A stretch of DNA of 40,491 nucleotides from an uncultured Desulfovibrionaceae bacterium (GTDB taxonomy: Bacteria; Desulfobacterota; Desulfovibrionia; Desulfovibrionales; Desulfovibrionaceae), in assembly GCA_964370525.1 (NCBI GenBank), contig CAYJJP010000001.1, positions 1-40,491 on the forward strand, read 5' to 3'. A program made the translations under genes and the position numbers. Shown one piece after another: positions 1-8,626 of the stretch; position 1 is the stretch's first letter, and each line of letters begins with the position of its first letter. The notes beneath the pieces were generated by a model, which ran no database searches, was not told where the DNA came from, and worked only from the letters and a program-made list of their open reading frames with translations.

Positions 1-772
1 TGAAGCCTGTATGCGAAACGCTTCCACACCACATAACTTCGCTTGCCGCTTCATTGTGGGTTGGGTCGCCGTAATGTATCTTGCCGTTTTCCATAACAAC
101 GCGAAGCAACGCGGCTCCGACTTCGTCTGTGAACATGTTGTTGTCAAGTTTTGAGGAAAAACGTTCAAGTGTGTGCATCATTATGTCCGCTATGCCACAC
201 GCGATTTGATATTTTGGAACAGAATAAGTTAGTTCCGGGTTCATAATAGCGAAAACAGGTCGGTTAAATTCGGACGCAAGGCCGGCTTTTATGTTAGAGT
301 CTGTGTTGGTTAAAACCGCGCTGTTGCTGGTTTCGCTTCCCGCCGCCGATATAGTTAAGATAACCCCGACAGGCAATGTTTTTGTTGCGTTTTTTTTGCG
401 AAGCCAATAGTCCCATATGTCATCATCGGGGTTTGCAATTCCAAGCGCTATTGCTTTTGCGGTATCAATCGCGCTTCCGCCGCCTATGGCAAGGATGAAA
501 TCTGCGCCGAACTCGATACCTTTTTTTATGCCGTCGTATACATGTGAAAGATACGGGTTAGGGCGTGCGCCCGAAAATTCCAGAAATTCTATGTTGCTTT
601 GAGTTAGGTCAGAGATTATTCTGTCAAGTAAGCCGGATTTTGCTACGCTTCCCCCGCCATAGACGAGCATGACTCTTTTTTCGCCAAGCTTTAATATTTC
701 GGCAGCAGTTTTTTGTTCGGCGTTTTTTCCGAAAATTATTTTGGTCGGCGAATGATATTCAAATGTATTCAT
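1..772 (-). CDS. iron-containing (group III) alcohol/butanol dehydrogenase, N-terminal ~257 aa; gene runs off left edge
   Basis: Not in ORF track. Reverse complement from ATG at 772..770 reads MNTFEYHSPTKIIFGKNAEQ..MLVYGGGSVAKSGLLDR..FILAIGGGSAIDTAKAIALG.. and stays open to position 1. The GGGS and GGGSxxD motifs are typical of Fe-ADH. Confidence 0.85.
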   Translation of the reverse strand, partial: MNTFEYHSPTKIIFGKNAEQKTAAEILKLGEKRVMLVYGGGSVAKSGLLDRIISDLTQSNIEFLEFSGARPNPYLSHVYDGIKKGIEFGADFILAIGGGSAIDTAKAIALGIANPDDDIWDYWLRKKNATKTLPVGVILTISAAGSETSNSAVLTNTDSNIKAGLASEFNRPVFAIMNPELTYSVPKYQIACGIADIMMHTLERFSSKLDNNMFTDEVGAALLRVVMENGKIHYGDPTHNEAASEVMWCGSVSHTGF

Positions 773-832
773 AGTAAACTCCTTTTGAATTATAATGTAT
801 TTAATTAATAGTTTACTCTAATAAATTAATAC

Positions 833-861
833 TTGCAATATCTTTCTTAAAGTGATAAAAT
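833..861 (+). promoter_or_regulatory. candidate sigma-70 promoter upstream of tRNA-Pro
   Basis: TTGCAA (833-838), 17-bp spacer, TAAAAT (856-861) with TG at 853-854 (extended -10). It lies ~95 nt upstream of the tRNA. Confidence 0.35.
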
Positions 862-959
862 ATATAAGCTATAGTTAATAGTGGTGGCTCGGCAACGAGT
901 TGTATCACAAATCTGATTTGCAGATTGTGAAAAACCAATAGCGAATAATGAGGGAATGT

Positions 960-1036
960 CGGGACGTAGCGCAGTTTGGTAGCGCGCCTGCTTTGGGAGC
1001 AGGATGCCGCAGGTTCGAATCCTGTCGTCCCGACCA
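960..1036 (+). tRNA. tRNA-Pro: tRNA-Pro (anticodon TGG), encoded CCA
   Basis: 77-nt cloverleaf. Acceptor CGGGACG/CGTCCCG; D arm GCGC-AGTTTGGTA-GCGC; anticodon arm CCTGC-TTTGGGA-GCAGG; T arm GCAGG-TTCGAAT-CCTGT; discriminator A plus CCA. Confidence 0.9.
1020..1036 (+). repeat. attL core (3' end of tRNA-Pro)
   Basis: TCCTGTCGTCCCGACCA, identical to 39952..39968. Confidence 0.85.
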
Positions 1037-1042
1037 AACACC

Positions 1043-1070
1043 AAAAAAACCGCCTAAACAGGCGGTTTTT
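1043..1070. terminator. bidirectional intrinsic terminator (tRNA on +, last phage gene on -)
   Basis: A7 run, hairpin CCGCCT-AAAC-AGGCGG (1050-1065), then T5 run. Confidence 0.7.
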
Positions 1071-1078
1071 CATTTTCC

Positions 1079-1102
1079 TACACGCTTTTTACACGCTTTT
1101 TC
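1079..1102 (+). repeat. 24-bp arm repeat (2 x TACACGCTTTTT), copy 1
   Basis: TACACGCTTTTTACACGCTTTTTC, identical to 39809..39832. It lies 43 bp inside attL. Confidence 0.8.
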
Positions 1103-1104
1103 CC

Positions 1105-1416
1105 CTAAGCGTTCAAAAAACTCTCAATCTCTTGAACTTTCGCCTTGATATCCTCGGCGTTCTGAAGAACCAAGCCATACCAAGCGTCCCAAAGGTTTTT
1201 CTCCATAACGCTAAAGTTTGGCGACATGGTATATATCATAGATACAAGCAACTCTTTATTATCGACCATACTCATATTCCTTGACAATATGCGGTTGTAA
1301 TAATTACGAACCATCTCATTATTACCGGCCGCCTTTGATTCCATGGCCATACAAATATAACTTTTTAGGTCCTTAAGGTCGTCCTTAATAATCTGCATCA
1401 AGTTTTTAATTTCCAT
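1105..1416 (-). CDS. hypothetical protein (103 aa, helical), last gene before attL
   Basis: ORF track; no recognisable motif. Confidence 0.5.
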   Translation of the reverse strand: MEIKNLMQIIKDDLKDLKSYICMAMESKAAGNNEMVRNYYNRILSRNMSMVDNKELLVSMIYTMSPNFSVMEKNLWDAWYGLVLQNAEDIKAKVQEIESFLNA

Positions 1417-1506
1417 TTAAAAAATCTGCCTTTCTTGATTGTAGTTGAGCGTTTGACGGAAACGGGAACAAAAGGTATCCACCACTTTAGGTATTCCCAA
1501 AATCGC

Positions 1507-1770
1507 TTAATTGCCACTTTGCTCCCGCTTTATCTTTTCTCTAAAGGCTTCAATTTCGTTTGAAGCCTTTTGTTTTGCAAATTCCGCGCCTTCGTCAACG
1601 TCAACTTTGCCCTCACTGTTTGCAAGCAAATTTAAATACGGTTCAAGGTACTTATATGCGTGCTCCGATATCGCCCCGGAAAAGGGCGCAAACTTTGGAT
1701 TTATCCTTGTAATCAAGTTACAAGCCTCTCTCTCGAGAATTTGCTTCACTAAATCAACCGGGAGTTGCAT
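1507..1770 (-). CDS. hypothetical protein (87 aa)
   Basis: ORF track; overlaps the upstream gene by 17 nt (coupled). Confidence 0.5.
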   Translation of the reverse strand: MQLPVDLVKQILEREACNLITRINPKFAPFSGAISEHAYKYLEPYLNLLANSEGKVDVDEGAEFAKQKASNEIEAFREKIKREQSGN

Positions 1771-2095
1771 TAGTCTGTCTCCTTTTCTTTTCTATAAGTG
1801 CCAAAACTTCCGGGTCCTCAAAAATAGCTTTGTTTTTCTGCGCGTATTCCTGTCTTGCTTTTCGTATAGCCAAAAGTTTATTGTCCGCAAATCCGTTTCC
1901 CCCGGCTTTTATAAAGTCGTTTTGAAACGTTTGCAACAAAAATTCGTCAAAAGCTTGTCGAAAAACAAGTTCTGCGGATATAAAATCCGAATGAGCTTCA
2001 ACAAAGTTTTTCTCATCGGGTCCCATAGTTAAATACTCGGTGACAATATCTGTGATTGGTGTTCTAAGCTGCGAATATCCGGCGTTTGTTTGCAT
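1754..2095 (-). CDS. hypothetical protein (113 aa)
   Basis: ORF track; no recognisable motif. Confidence 0.5.
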   Translation of the reverse strand: MQTNAGYSQLRTPITDIVTEYLTMGPDEKNFVEAHSDFISAELVFRQAFDEFLLQTFQNDFIKAGGNGFADNKLLAIRKARQEYAQKNKAIFEDPEVLALIEKKRRQTNATPG

Positions 2096-2110
2096 GTTAA
2101 AAATCCGTCC

Positions 2111-2389
2111 TTATTTTGTTACGTTAGTTCCGGCAGTGTTTGAAAAAACAATGCTTGTCTCCGGAAGATAAAGAGATCCCTTGACACACATCTGTTGCTC
2201 GCTCGAAAGCGTGTCAATCTGACGCTGAAGAGAAACTTCTCTGTCTGTCCATTGAGTGGAGCGCGCTCCGCCCAAAAGGTTTGTGCCGCCGCCGTTAAAC
2301 AAAAGATAAGCGACTGCGCCGATAGAAAGGCCGAGAGCCGTTCCGGCTACGCCTTTGCTTGCGGGGTCTTTTCTAACTAAGTATTCCAT
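2111..2389 (-). CDS. small membrane protein (92 aa from internal ATG)
   Basis: ATG at 2389 is preceded by AAAGGAG at 9-nt spacing. Hydrophobic segment GVAGTALGLSIGAVAYLLF. Confidence 0.5.
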   Translation of the reverse strand: MEYLVRKDPASKGVAGTALGLSIGAVAYLLFNGGGTNLLGGARSTQWTDREVSLQRQIDTLSSEQQMCVKGSLYLPETSIVFSNTAGTNVTK

Positions 2390-2456
2390 GCTGATTTTCT
2401 CCTTTAAAATATATTTAAGTTCCAAAAATTGAAACTTATTACATCTTAAAGATACC

Positions 2457-2504
2457 AAAAAAAAGACACCTCAAAGGGCAAATATAATGCCTTTAAAGTG
2501 TCTT
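2457..2504 (-). terminator. intrinsic terminator after the sigma-like gene
   Basis: On the minus strand: imperfect hairpin AAGACAC..GTGTCTT with inner GCCTTT/AAAGGGC pairing, followed by T8. Confidence 0.6.
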
Positions 2505-2524
2505 AAAAATGTAATTTATTTTTT

Positions 2525-2761
2525 TCACAAATCAATCAACTGCGAAATTTTGTTATAAGCCTCACCCCGCCGGCGCTTAATTGTTTCAATCGACAGATTA
2601 TATTTTTGAGATAACTCAATAATAGAAACGTTGTTAACGTCGTGTTCAATAATAAAAGCCTCCTCATCTCGTAAAAGCTGAAAAGACTTTATTAATTCAA
2701 TTGCAAGCGGGCGCGCCATGCGTTTAAACCGGTGCCGTATAATTCTATGAGTTTCGTTCAT
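2525..2761 (-). CDS. small HTH protein resembling sigma-70 region 4
   Basis: 78 aa. LRDEEAFIIEHDVNNVSIIELSQKYNLSIETIKRRRGEAYNKISQL follows the region-4 HTH pattern. RBS GGAGGG. Confidence 0.45.
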   Translation of the reverse strand: MNETHRIIRHRFKRMARPLAIELIKSFQLLRDEEAFIIEHDVNNVSIIELSQKYNLSIETIKRRRGEAYNKISQLIDL

Positions 2762-2877
2762 GTCGCCTACCCTCCGAACGTTACTTTCGCCGACCTTTTG
2801 GAACGGAAGGTCGACGAGGCTTAACGGTGTTCCGTTTAGGCTTCGCCTTTCGTTGCGGGTTTGCTCCCGTAACTATT

Positions 2878-3144
2878 CTAATCGTCTGTTTCGTTTAGAC
2901 TACCCCCTCCGTAAGATTGTGAGTATGAATGCACCTCGTTTTTAAAATCCTGCGACATATCCGTTTCGTACGGCATAATATACGCAAGAAGAATAAAAAT
3001 CGCGAAGACCAAAGCCCAAAGACAATTGGTGACTATAAGCGCGACTTTCCAAGGGCGAATTAAATCTTGACAAGCGTTAACCCAAGCTTTGAATTCCTGT
3101 AACCTGTCTATTTGAATGTTCTCGGTTGTTTTCTGATTTTCCAT
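2878..3144 (-). CDS. single-pass membrane protein (88 aa)
   Basis: TM segment WKVALIVTNCLWALVFAIFILLAYI; RBS AAAGGAG. Confidence 0.55.
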   Translation of the reverse strand: MENQKTTENIQIDRLQEFKAWVNACQDLIRPWKVALIVTNCLWALVFAIFILLAYIMPYETDMSQDFKNEVHSYSQSYGGGSLNETDD

Positions 3145-3173
3145 ATGTTTTTACTAAACTCCTTTTTGCTTTA

Positions 3174-3202
3174 ATTATATTCGCAAAATTTAACAAAATC
3201 AA
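3174..3202 (-). promoter_or_regulatory. near-consensus sigma-70 promoter for the 88-aa TM / sigma-like gene pair
   Basis: Minus strand TTGATT (3202-3197), 17-bp spacer, TATAAT (3179-3174). It sits immediately after the stop of the giant ORF. Confidence 0.55.
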
Positions 3203-3219
3203 TTGAATTTAATTAACAA

Positions 3220-6200
3220 CTATCTTCCTTTAGCCTTATTCGCCATAGCAACAAGTGTTCGATACCCCTCGGCGTTAGAATAATCCCTCGCGCCCTCAAC
3301 CGCGTCGCGCATACTAACCCTCGAACTCGAGGCGGCAGAACCCGTCCCACCAATATCCCTTTGCAACGAATTCATGTTCATGCCGCTACTCTTTAGCCCC
3401 GAAAGAAGTTTCTTCGCCGCCGCCAAATTTGCGTCCGCCGCGCTTGAAGAAGACCCGCTTTTTCTTGAGCTCGATGAAGAACGAGAACCGGAAGAGCTTC
3501 CCCCGGACGAGCTCGAAGACCCTGCGCCGTCGCTGTCTCCTTCCTTTTTCTGATAAGCCTCAACAAAATCATAAAGTGCCGCTTTTTGTTCCGGAGATAA
3601 ACCCGAAAGCGAATTAACATAATCATATATCTGTGCGTTTCTCTCCGCCTTGCTTCCCGTCGTCTTATATCCAAACGTCCAAGCGTCGATATATGTGTCT
3701 TCCGGAATGCCAAGATCCATAGCGCTCGTCATCTTCGCTTTGGTTGTGTCGCTCGTCATAACAAGGTCTTTAATAAGCGCCCTTTGTTGTTCCGGGGTAA
3801 AACCGTCAAAGCTTTCGATATACTCAACCTTGTTGTCGCCGTGCGCCGAAACTCGCGCCTTGAGATACGTGTGGTCTTGCGGAGTTACCCCCATGTCACT
3901 AAACTCCGAAAGCTCGCTCTCGCTATATTTAGATATATCGATTTTTGAAGCGTCCGAAATAACCGAACGCGCTCCGCCTGTTGCTGTTGCCTTGCTGTCT
4001 ATCGGAGAAAACTGCTCCGACCTAGTTCCGTTAACTCCGCTCGAAGCTAAAGCGTTAATCTGCTCTCGGATCTCTTTAATCTGCGCGTTTTTATTCGCCG
4101 CGCTGTCTTTCGTTTCCATAATTGCCCGCTCCTGCTTATAAAGGTCGGACATTTGTCCCGAAATTCTGTTAAGCTCTTTTGCAACCGCCTTTTGTTCCTC
4201 CGTCGCGTTTCGGCTGTTCGACAACTTGTTTGCCTCGTCCCGAAGATCGTAAAACTCGGTAACCGGTTGACTGCTAAACCTCGGGTCTGCCGTAAATTTG
4301 CCCGTAAACGGTTCGACGACTGCGGAATAAGCCGCGTTAGCGGTCGTTTCTTTCCAATCGCCTCCGACGTTTTCCGGCGCCGTTGCTTTTTGTAAAACGT
4401 CCCCGAAATAACCTCCATAGCTGTCGATAAGGTTGTCTATCTTTTTCGGAGATAAATTAAAAAGATTTCCGACCGCTTTCGCCGCCCCCGAAGTCTTAAC
4501 GTCGTATTGCTCGCGCTTCGGTAGGTTCATCATATATGACGGAACAATATCCCCGCCGAAAAAGGTTGTTCCGGGGTCGTCCTCCGAAAACAAAGCCGTT
4601 CGACTAAATGTCGAAACAAGGTTGTCGGTAAACGGGTTAACCGGAGAAAGGTTGGCGCCAAGCATAGCCAAAACCCCGTCAAACTGTCCGTCTATCTCGC
4701 CGTCTTTAACCATCTGAAACGTCCTGTCGACAAGAGAAGTTAAAAACGTTCCGTAAACCCTTTCTTTCGGAAGTTTAAAAAATGTTTTTGGGCTTCCGTT
4801 CTCGTCCTTTTCACCCAAATAATTTGGAATAACATAATAACTGTCGCGCGTATATTGCGAAAGCTCTTCATACCAAGGGTTGTCGCCGTTAATAACGTTT
4901 AAAATAATCTGAGGTATAACGTTCCAAGCGACAACTCGCCCGGCAACCTGCATTGGGTTCTTAATTCCAACTCTTATCGATTTGTCCGCGCCTTGAACCG
5001 AAGCATTAAAAAAAAGTGTAAACGAATTGATAAACCTTGAATAGTTTCCACTTCTCGCGAAATTAACCGTAACGTCGTTAGCGGCAAGAGCCGCCTTTTT
5101 TATTCCTTCAGGTGTCCGTCCATGAACGTCTAAAACGTTCATAAATTCCGCAAGCCTCGGAATACTTTCCGTCATCATAAGTAAGTCGTCAAGATTTCTC
5201 TTAACAACGTTACTTTGCTTATCCGAAAGAGAAGCAACATAACCGCCTTTGACTGAATATGTGCGTTGGTTCATAAGCCCCATACTTTTCGCAAGACGGT
5301 AAATCTCGCCCTTGTTCTGATATTCGCTAATCGCTTTAAAGTAGTTCTCGGCTTTTTTGTTTCCCGTGGCGTGAAGCGCATATGTCTGTGCGTCTCGAAT
5401 AGGGTTAGTCATCAACGCAAAAACCGGGTTATATTGCGTGATAGCGTTTCGAGGAAGACTTAAAAACGCCCTTGACCAGTCCGCCATCTTACTTAAAAAC
5501 GTGTCGTTAATATTTCCGCCTCTAAGATAGTTCAAGCTGTCATAAATCTGCTTTGAAACGTCAATATTAAACTGCTTTCCGTTCTCAAAAACTTGAACCG
5601 TGTAACTGCCGTCGATGTTTTGAACCGCGAAGCTGTCAAACATGTTTTCAATCTCGTCCGTAATGCCAAGTTCTTTCGCCGCGTCTTTCGATACAACAAC
5701 CCCAAGGTTAGCGGACTCCTGCGGATTAGTCCTCGCGAAATCTAAAAGCCCTTTCGTTATCTCGTTCATTCGTTGCGCCTTGATAATCTTATCCGAACGC
5801 TGGATGAATTGGTCCCAAACCGGCAAAAGGTCGGCGTCTCCGCCCTTCGCTTCTTTCGCCAACTGATTTCTAATATTTTTCGACATTCTCTTTCGTTCAT
5901 AATTTGTGCTCATGTCTTGAACGCGATATGTCGGCATATAGTGCGGATAAATGTCAAGCCAATGTTCGTACATGTCTTGGGATATAAGTCCGCTATCGAC
6001 CGCCCAAGCTTTATAAAAAGCTTGATAGCTGTCTTTAAGAAGTTTGTCAAACTCTGCGAGGTTAGGATACTTCTCTAAATACTCGTCGACAATCCGCTGG
6101 CTTTCTGCCGGCGTGTTGTTATTAACCTGTTTTCCATTCGCCGCGCGGTTAATGTTGTGAAGATTGGCGGCGAAATCGTGATAAGCCGCCCATTGTTCTT

Positions 6201-8592
6201 TCGGAAGCTGTGAAAATATGCTGTCATACGACTGCCCAATAACGTTGCCAACGGGGTCGACCATGTCGGTGCGAACAATCGTGTCGAGCGTTCCTCCGCT
6301 GTGGCGATAAAGGTCGGTATCCTCGTTCAATAGCGAATCCCCCGAAAGTCTCTTTTGCGCCCTCGCAATCTTTTCTATACTTGCCTGCGACGAAACAAAC
6401 TTTGTATAAGCCCCCTCGAGAACGTTAACCGTGTTTTCCTTCAACCCTTGCGGATCGTTGTTTTGATTAAGCGTCAAAACTGCCGCGTTTGCGTCGGCCA
6501 CCGTTGCGCCCGGCGCAAGATATTCGTTAATAACCCCCGTCCCGTCCGTAATTCGCCTAAACTCTCGTCCCTGTGGCGTGGTTGCCGGCGGGTTTAATCT
6601 TTTAACAACCCCCGAAAGCTCGGGAACATTCACTCTAAAATCGTTCAACTGCTTTTGAAGCCGTCTGCGCTCTGCTTTGTCTGTCGTTTTTTCTAACTGC
6701 TTTTTGACAAAACCGTTGTTCGTAATCATGTTTTCAATAGTTTTCGGATCATAACCTTTGTTAATTAAAGCTGTTAGATTTTTTTGTGATATGCTATATC
6801 TTGATGTAAAGTTATCTATCTGCGATTGAGAAACTTTATTCTGAAAAACATCGTTCTGTGCAACACTACTTTGCAAGACACCGTTCGGCGTTCCCTGTGT
6901 CTCGCTCGCCGCCGCGCCTTGATTTAAAACGCCCGTCGGCTGAACATTCGCCGTCGGCTCGCTTCTCGTCAAAATAGGAGCTAAATTTTGCGCCTGTGTC
7001 GGTGCTAAAACATCCAAATCTAAATTTGCATTTAAACTGCCGTTAGCTTCGTTAATAATATTATTATTTACGCTGTTACTACCCTCAACAAAATTATTAA
7101 TACCGTTATCAATACCGTTGTTGATATCAACAGGATTATTAACAACGTTGTTAATAGGACTATTAGCGACATTGTCGATAGGATTATTAACGGTACTATT
7201 CTCAACTTCTCTCATAATCCCGTCAAGCTCGCTGTTGATATATCCGTCAACTTCGCCGTTTAAATTTTGCCTAACGCTTCCTACGCCTCCGGCAATTCCG
7301 CCCATAGCTCCGCCCAAAAGCGCGCCCCCAAAAGCCGAAAGCGCGAGCTCTTGTGGAGAAAATTCCGCATTCGGGTTAAGCGAAGCTACGTCATACATAT
7401 AGTTTGCGAGATAAACCGCCGCCTCTTCCGTCGCTTCAAGCCCCGCTTGTTTTAAAACGTTCTTTAAAAACGACGTCCCGCCGGTCCTTGAAAGCGAAAG
7501 AATGTTGTCGATAGGCATTTTGCCGGCCGCCGCCTCGATAACCCCCGAGCTTAAACCTTTTGAAAAAGCTTCGCCGGCGGTCATTCCCTGCGCGGTTCCT
7601 TGATATGCGCTATCCGAACCGGCGATAACGCCCATAGCAATCGGTGCGCCGGTTGCCCCGAGCGGTAACGTAAGGGCCATCTGCGCCCCCGACATGCCAA
7701 GCCCGGTGGCAAACTGCCCCTGCTGCGACATTCCGCGCAAAGCCTCGTCCTGCATAGCCTGTCCCGTCGACATCATTCTCGCGCCAATTCCGGTGTCCGG
7801 CGTTTGTTTTGCGCCCGTCAAAATGTCAATCTCGTCCTGAAGCTTTGAAACCTCTTCAACCATACCTTGTTGTTGCTCTTTTGTTATAACGTCTGATGCG
7901 CCTATTCCTAACCGTTGTCGTGCAACCTCTCCGGCTAAAGTATTTTTCGTTGCGCTTGCCAACAAATCTCTTTGCTTTCTAAGCTCGTCAACGTTCCCCC
8001 CGGCATTTATCTGCCCGGGGATATTTTTAACTGCTTGAACTCCTGTCTCAATCGCGTAAGGAACAGCCGCCGCCGTTTTGTTAACAATCGAGCCCAAAGC
8101 GTTGTCAATTCGTTCACCTGCGGTCGGAACAAGCCCCCCGAGTTTATTTTCGTAATAATCTATAGCAAGTCTATTATTATTCTTAAATCCAAAATCTTGA
8201 GTCTTTAAGTTTTCTAACCTTGCGATATCGTCTCGATAAAAATTCAAAGCCTCGTTCTTTTGATCTTGCAAACTCTCTATCTCGGGCATGTTGTTAACCG
8301 TGGGTGTCATATAGTCGGTTATAAGGCCGCGGCCGCCTTGAACCTGTTTAAGTTTATTCAACCGTTCGCTATCCGACCTCGAAAAACTTGGAACAACCGC
8401 CGGATTGTTTTTCGTCCTGTTAACGGTAGGCGTAAAAGAACTACGCCGAGCCCCCGAAGAAACTTGCGGAACGTTAAACGTAGGAAGCGAAGCCGAAGCC
8501 CCAACGGAATACGGCGCGCCCATTCTTTGTTGTTGTCTTTTACGTTCCTCTTCCTGTTGTTTATTAAAAAATGAAACAAAATTTGTCGCCAT
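3220..8592 (-). CDS. giant 1790-aa protein; candidate virion-internal/ejection polyvalent protein (tape-measure-like Gly-rich hydrophobic segment)
   Basis: Uninterrupted 5.4-kb ORF. Gly/Ala-rich hydrophobic block GMSGAQMALTLPLGATGAPIAMGVIAG..GGALLGGAMGGIAGGVG, an Asn-rich repeat block, and a Ser-rich C-terminal tract. No enzymatic motif recognised. Confidence 0.6.
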   Translation of the reverse strand: MATNFVSFFNKQQEEERKRQQQRMGAPYSVGASASLPTFNVPQVSSGARRSSFTPTVNRTKNNPAVVPSFSRSDSERLNKLKQVQGGRGLITDYMTPTVNNMPEIESLQDQKNEALNFYRDDIARLENLKTQDFGFKNNNRLAIDYYENKLGGLVPTAGERIDNALGSIVNKTAAAVPYAIETGVQAVKNIPGQINAGGNVDELRKQRDLLASATKNTLAGEVARQRLGIGASDVITKEQQQGMVEEVSKLQDEIDILTGAKQTPDTGIGARMMSTGQAMQDEALRGMSQQGQFATGLGMSGAQMALTLPLGATGAPIAMGVIAGSDSAYQGTAQGMTAGEAFSKGLSSGVIEAAAGKMPIDNILSLSRTGGTSFLKNVLKQAGLEATEEAAVYLANYMYDVASLNPNAEFSPQELALSAFGGALLGGAMGGIAGGVGSVRQNLNGEVDGYINSELDGIMREVENSTVNNPIDNVANSPINNVVNNPVDINNGIDNGINNFVEGSNSVNNNIINEANGSLNANLDLDVLAPTQAQNLAPILTRSEPTANVQPTGVLNQGAAASETQGTPNGVLQSSVAQNDVFQNKVSQSQIDNFTSRYSISQKNLTALINKGYDPKTIENMITNNGFVKKQLEKTTDKAERRRLQKQLNDFRVNVPELSGVVKRLNPPATTPQGREFRRITDGTGVINEYLAPGATVADANAAVLTLNQNNDPQGLKENTVNVLEGAYTKFVSSQASIEKIARAQKRLSGDSLLNEDTDLYRHSGGTLDTIVRTDMVDPVGNVIGQSYDSIFSQLPKEQWAAYHDFAANLHNINRAANGKQVNNNTPAESQRIVDEYLEKYPNLAEFDKLLKDSYQAFYKAWAVDSGLISQDMYEHWLDIYPHYMPTYRVQDMSTNYERKRMSKNIRNQLAKEAKGGDADLLPVWDQFIQRSDKIIKAQRMNEITKGLLDFARTNPQESANLGVVVSKDAAKELGITDEIENMFDSFAVQNIDGSYTVQVFENGKQFNIDVSKQIYDSLNYLRGGNINDTFLSKMADWSRAFLSLPRNAITQYNPVFALMTNPIRDAQTYALHATGNKKAENYFKAISEYQNKGEIYRLAKSMGLMNQRTYSVKGGYVASLSDKQSNVVKRNLDDLLMMTESIPRLAEFMNVLDVHGRTPEGIKKAALAANDVTVNFARSGNYSRFINSFTLFFNASVQGADKSIRVGIKNPMQVAGRVVAWNVIPQIILNVINGDNPWYEELSQYTRDSYYVIPNYLGEKDENGSPKTFFKLPKERVYGTFLTSLVDRTFQMVKDGEIDGQFDGVLAMLGANLSPVNPFTDNLVSTFSRTALFSEDDPGTTFFGGDIVPSYMMNLPKREQYDVKTSGAAKAVGNLFNLSPKKIDNLIDSYGGYFGDVLQKATAPENVGGDWKETTANAAYSAVVEPFTGKFTADPRFSSQPVTEFYDLRDEANKLSNSRNATEEQKAVAKELNRISGQMSDLYKQERAIMETKDSAANKNAQIKEIREQINALASSGVNGTRSEQFSPIDSKATATGGARSVISDASKIDISKYSESELSEFSDMGVTPQDHTYLKARVSAHGDNKVEYIESFDGFTPEQQRALIKDLVMTSDTTKAKMTSAMDLGIPEDTYIDAWTFGYKTTGSKAERNAQIYDYVNSLSGLSPEQKAALYDFVEAYQKKEGDSDGAGSSSSSGGSSSGSRSSSSSRKSGSSSSAADANLAAAKKLLSGLKSSGMNMNSLQRDIGGTGSAASSSRVSMRDAVEGARDYSNAEGYRTLVAMANKAKGR

Positions 8593-8608
8593 AGTCGCTA
8601 CCTCACAA

Positions 8609-8626
8609 ATGTAAGTATACTTACAT
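8609..8626. repeat. perfect 18-bp palindrome upstream of the giant ORF
   Basis: ATGTAAGTATACTTACAT, 17 nt upstream of the ATG at 8592. Confidence 0.85.

Noticed and set aside
868-959. Two small hairpins (CTCG-GCAA-CGAG; AATCTG-ATTT-GCAGATT) in the ~95-nt leader between the candidate promoter and the tRNA.
   Set aside because: They are short, there is no second tRNA-like fold and no conservation evidence is available. Most likely this is just a processed tRNA leader.
813-1284. ORFs 813..1073, 847..1044, 948..1148 and 976..1284 overlapping the tRNA, its terminator and the arm repeat.
   Set aside because: They overlap a confident tRNA-Pro and non-coding att and terminator sequences. There is no RBS, and they are implausible as genes.
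3220-8592. Calling the 1790-aa protein a tape measure protein.
   Set aside because: It is not flanked by tail-tube, chaperone or distal-tail genes, and it lies after the lysis cassette and two terminators. It is kept as 'giant, possibly ejected or polyvalent' rather than as a tape measure.
3393-8614. About 20 ORFs of 60-165 aa on both strands nested within the 1790-aa gene (for example 3393..3713, 3650..4141, 4047..4418, 8260..8574).
   Set aside because: All lie inside one uninterrupted 5.4-kb reading frame. Their translations are Arg/Ser/Leu/Cys-rich low-complexity strings typical of wrong-frame reads, and none has an RBS context I could see.
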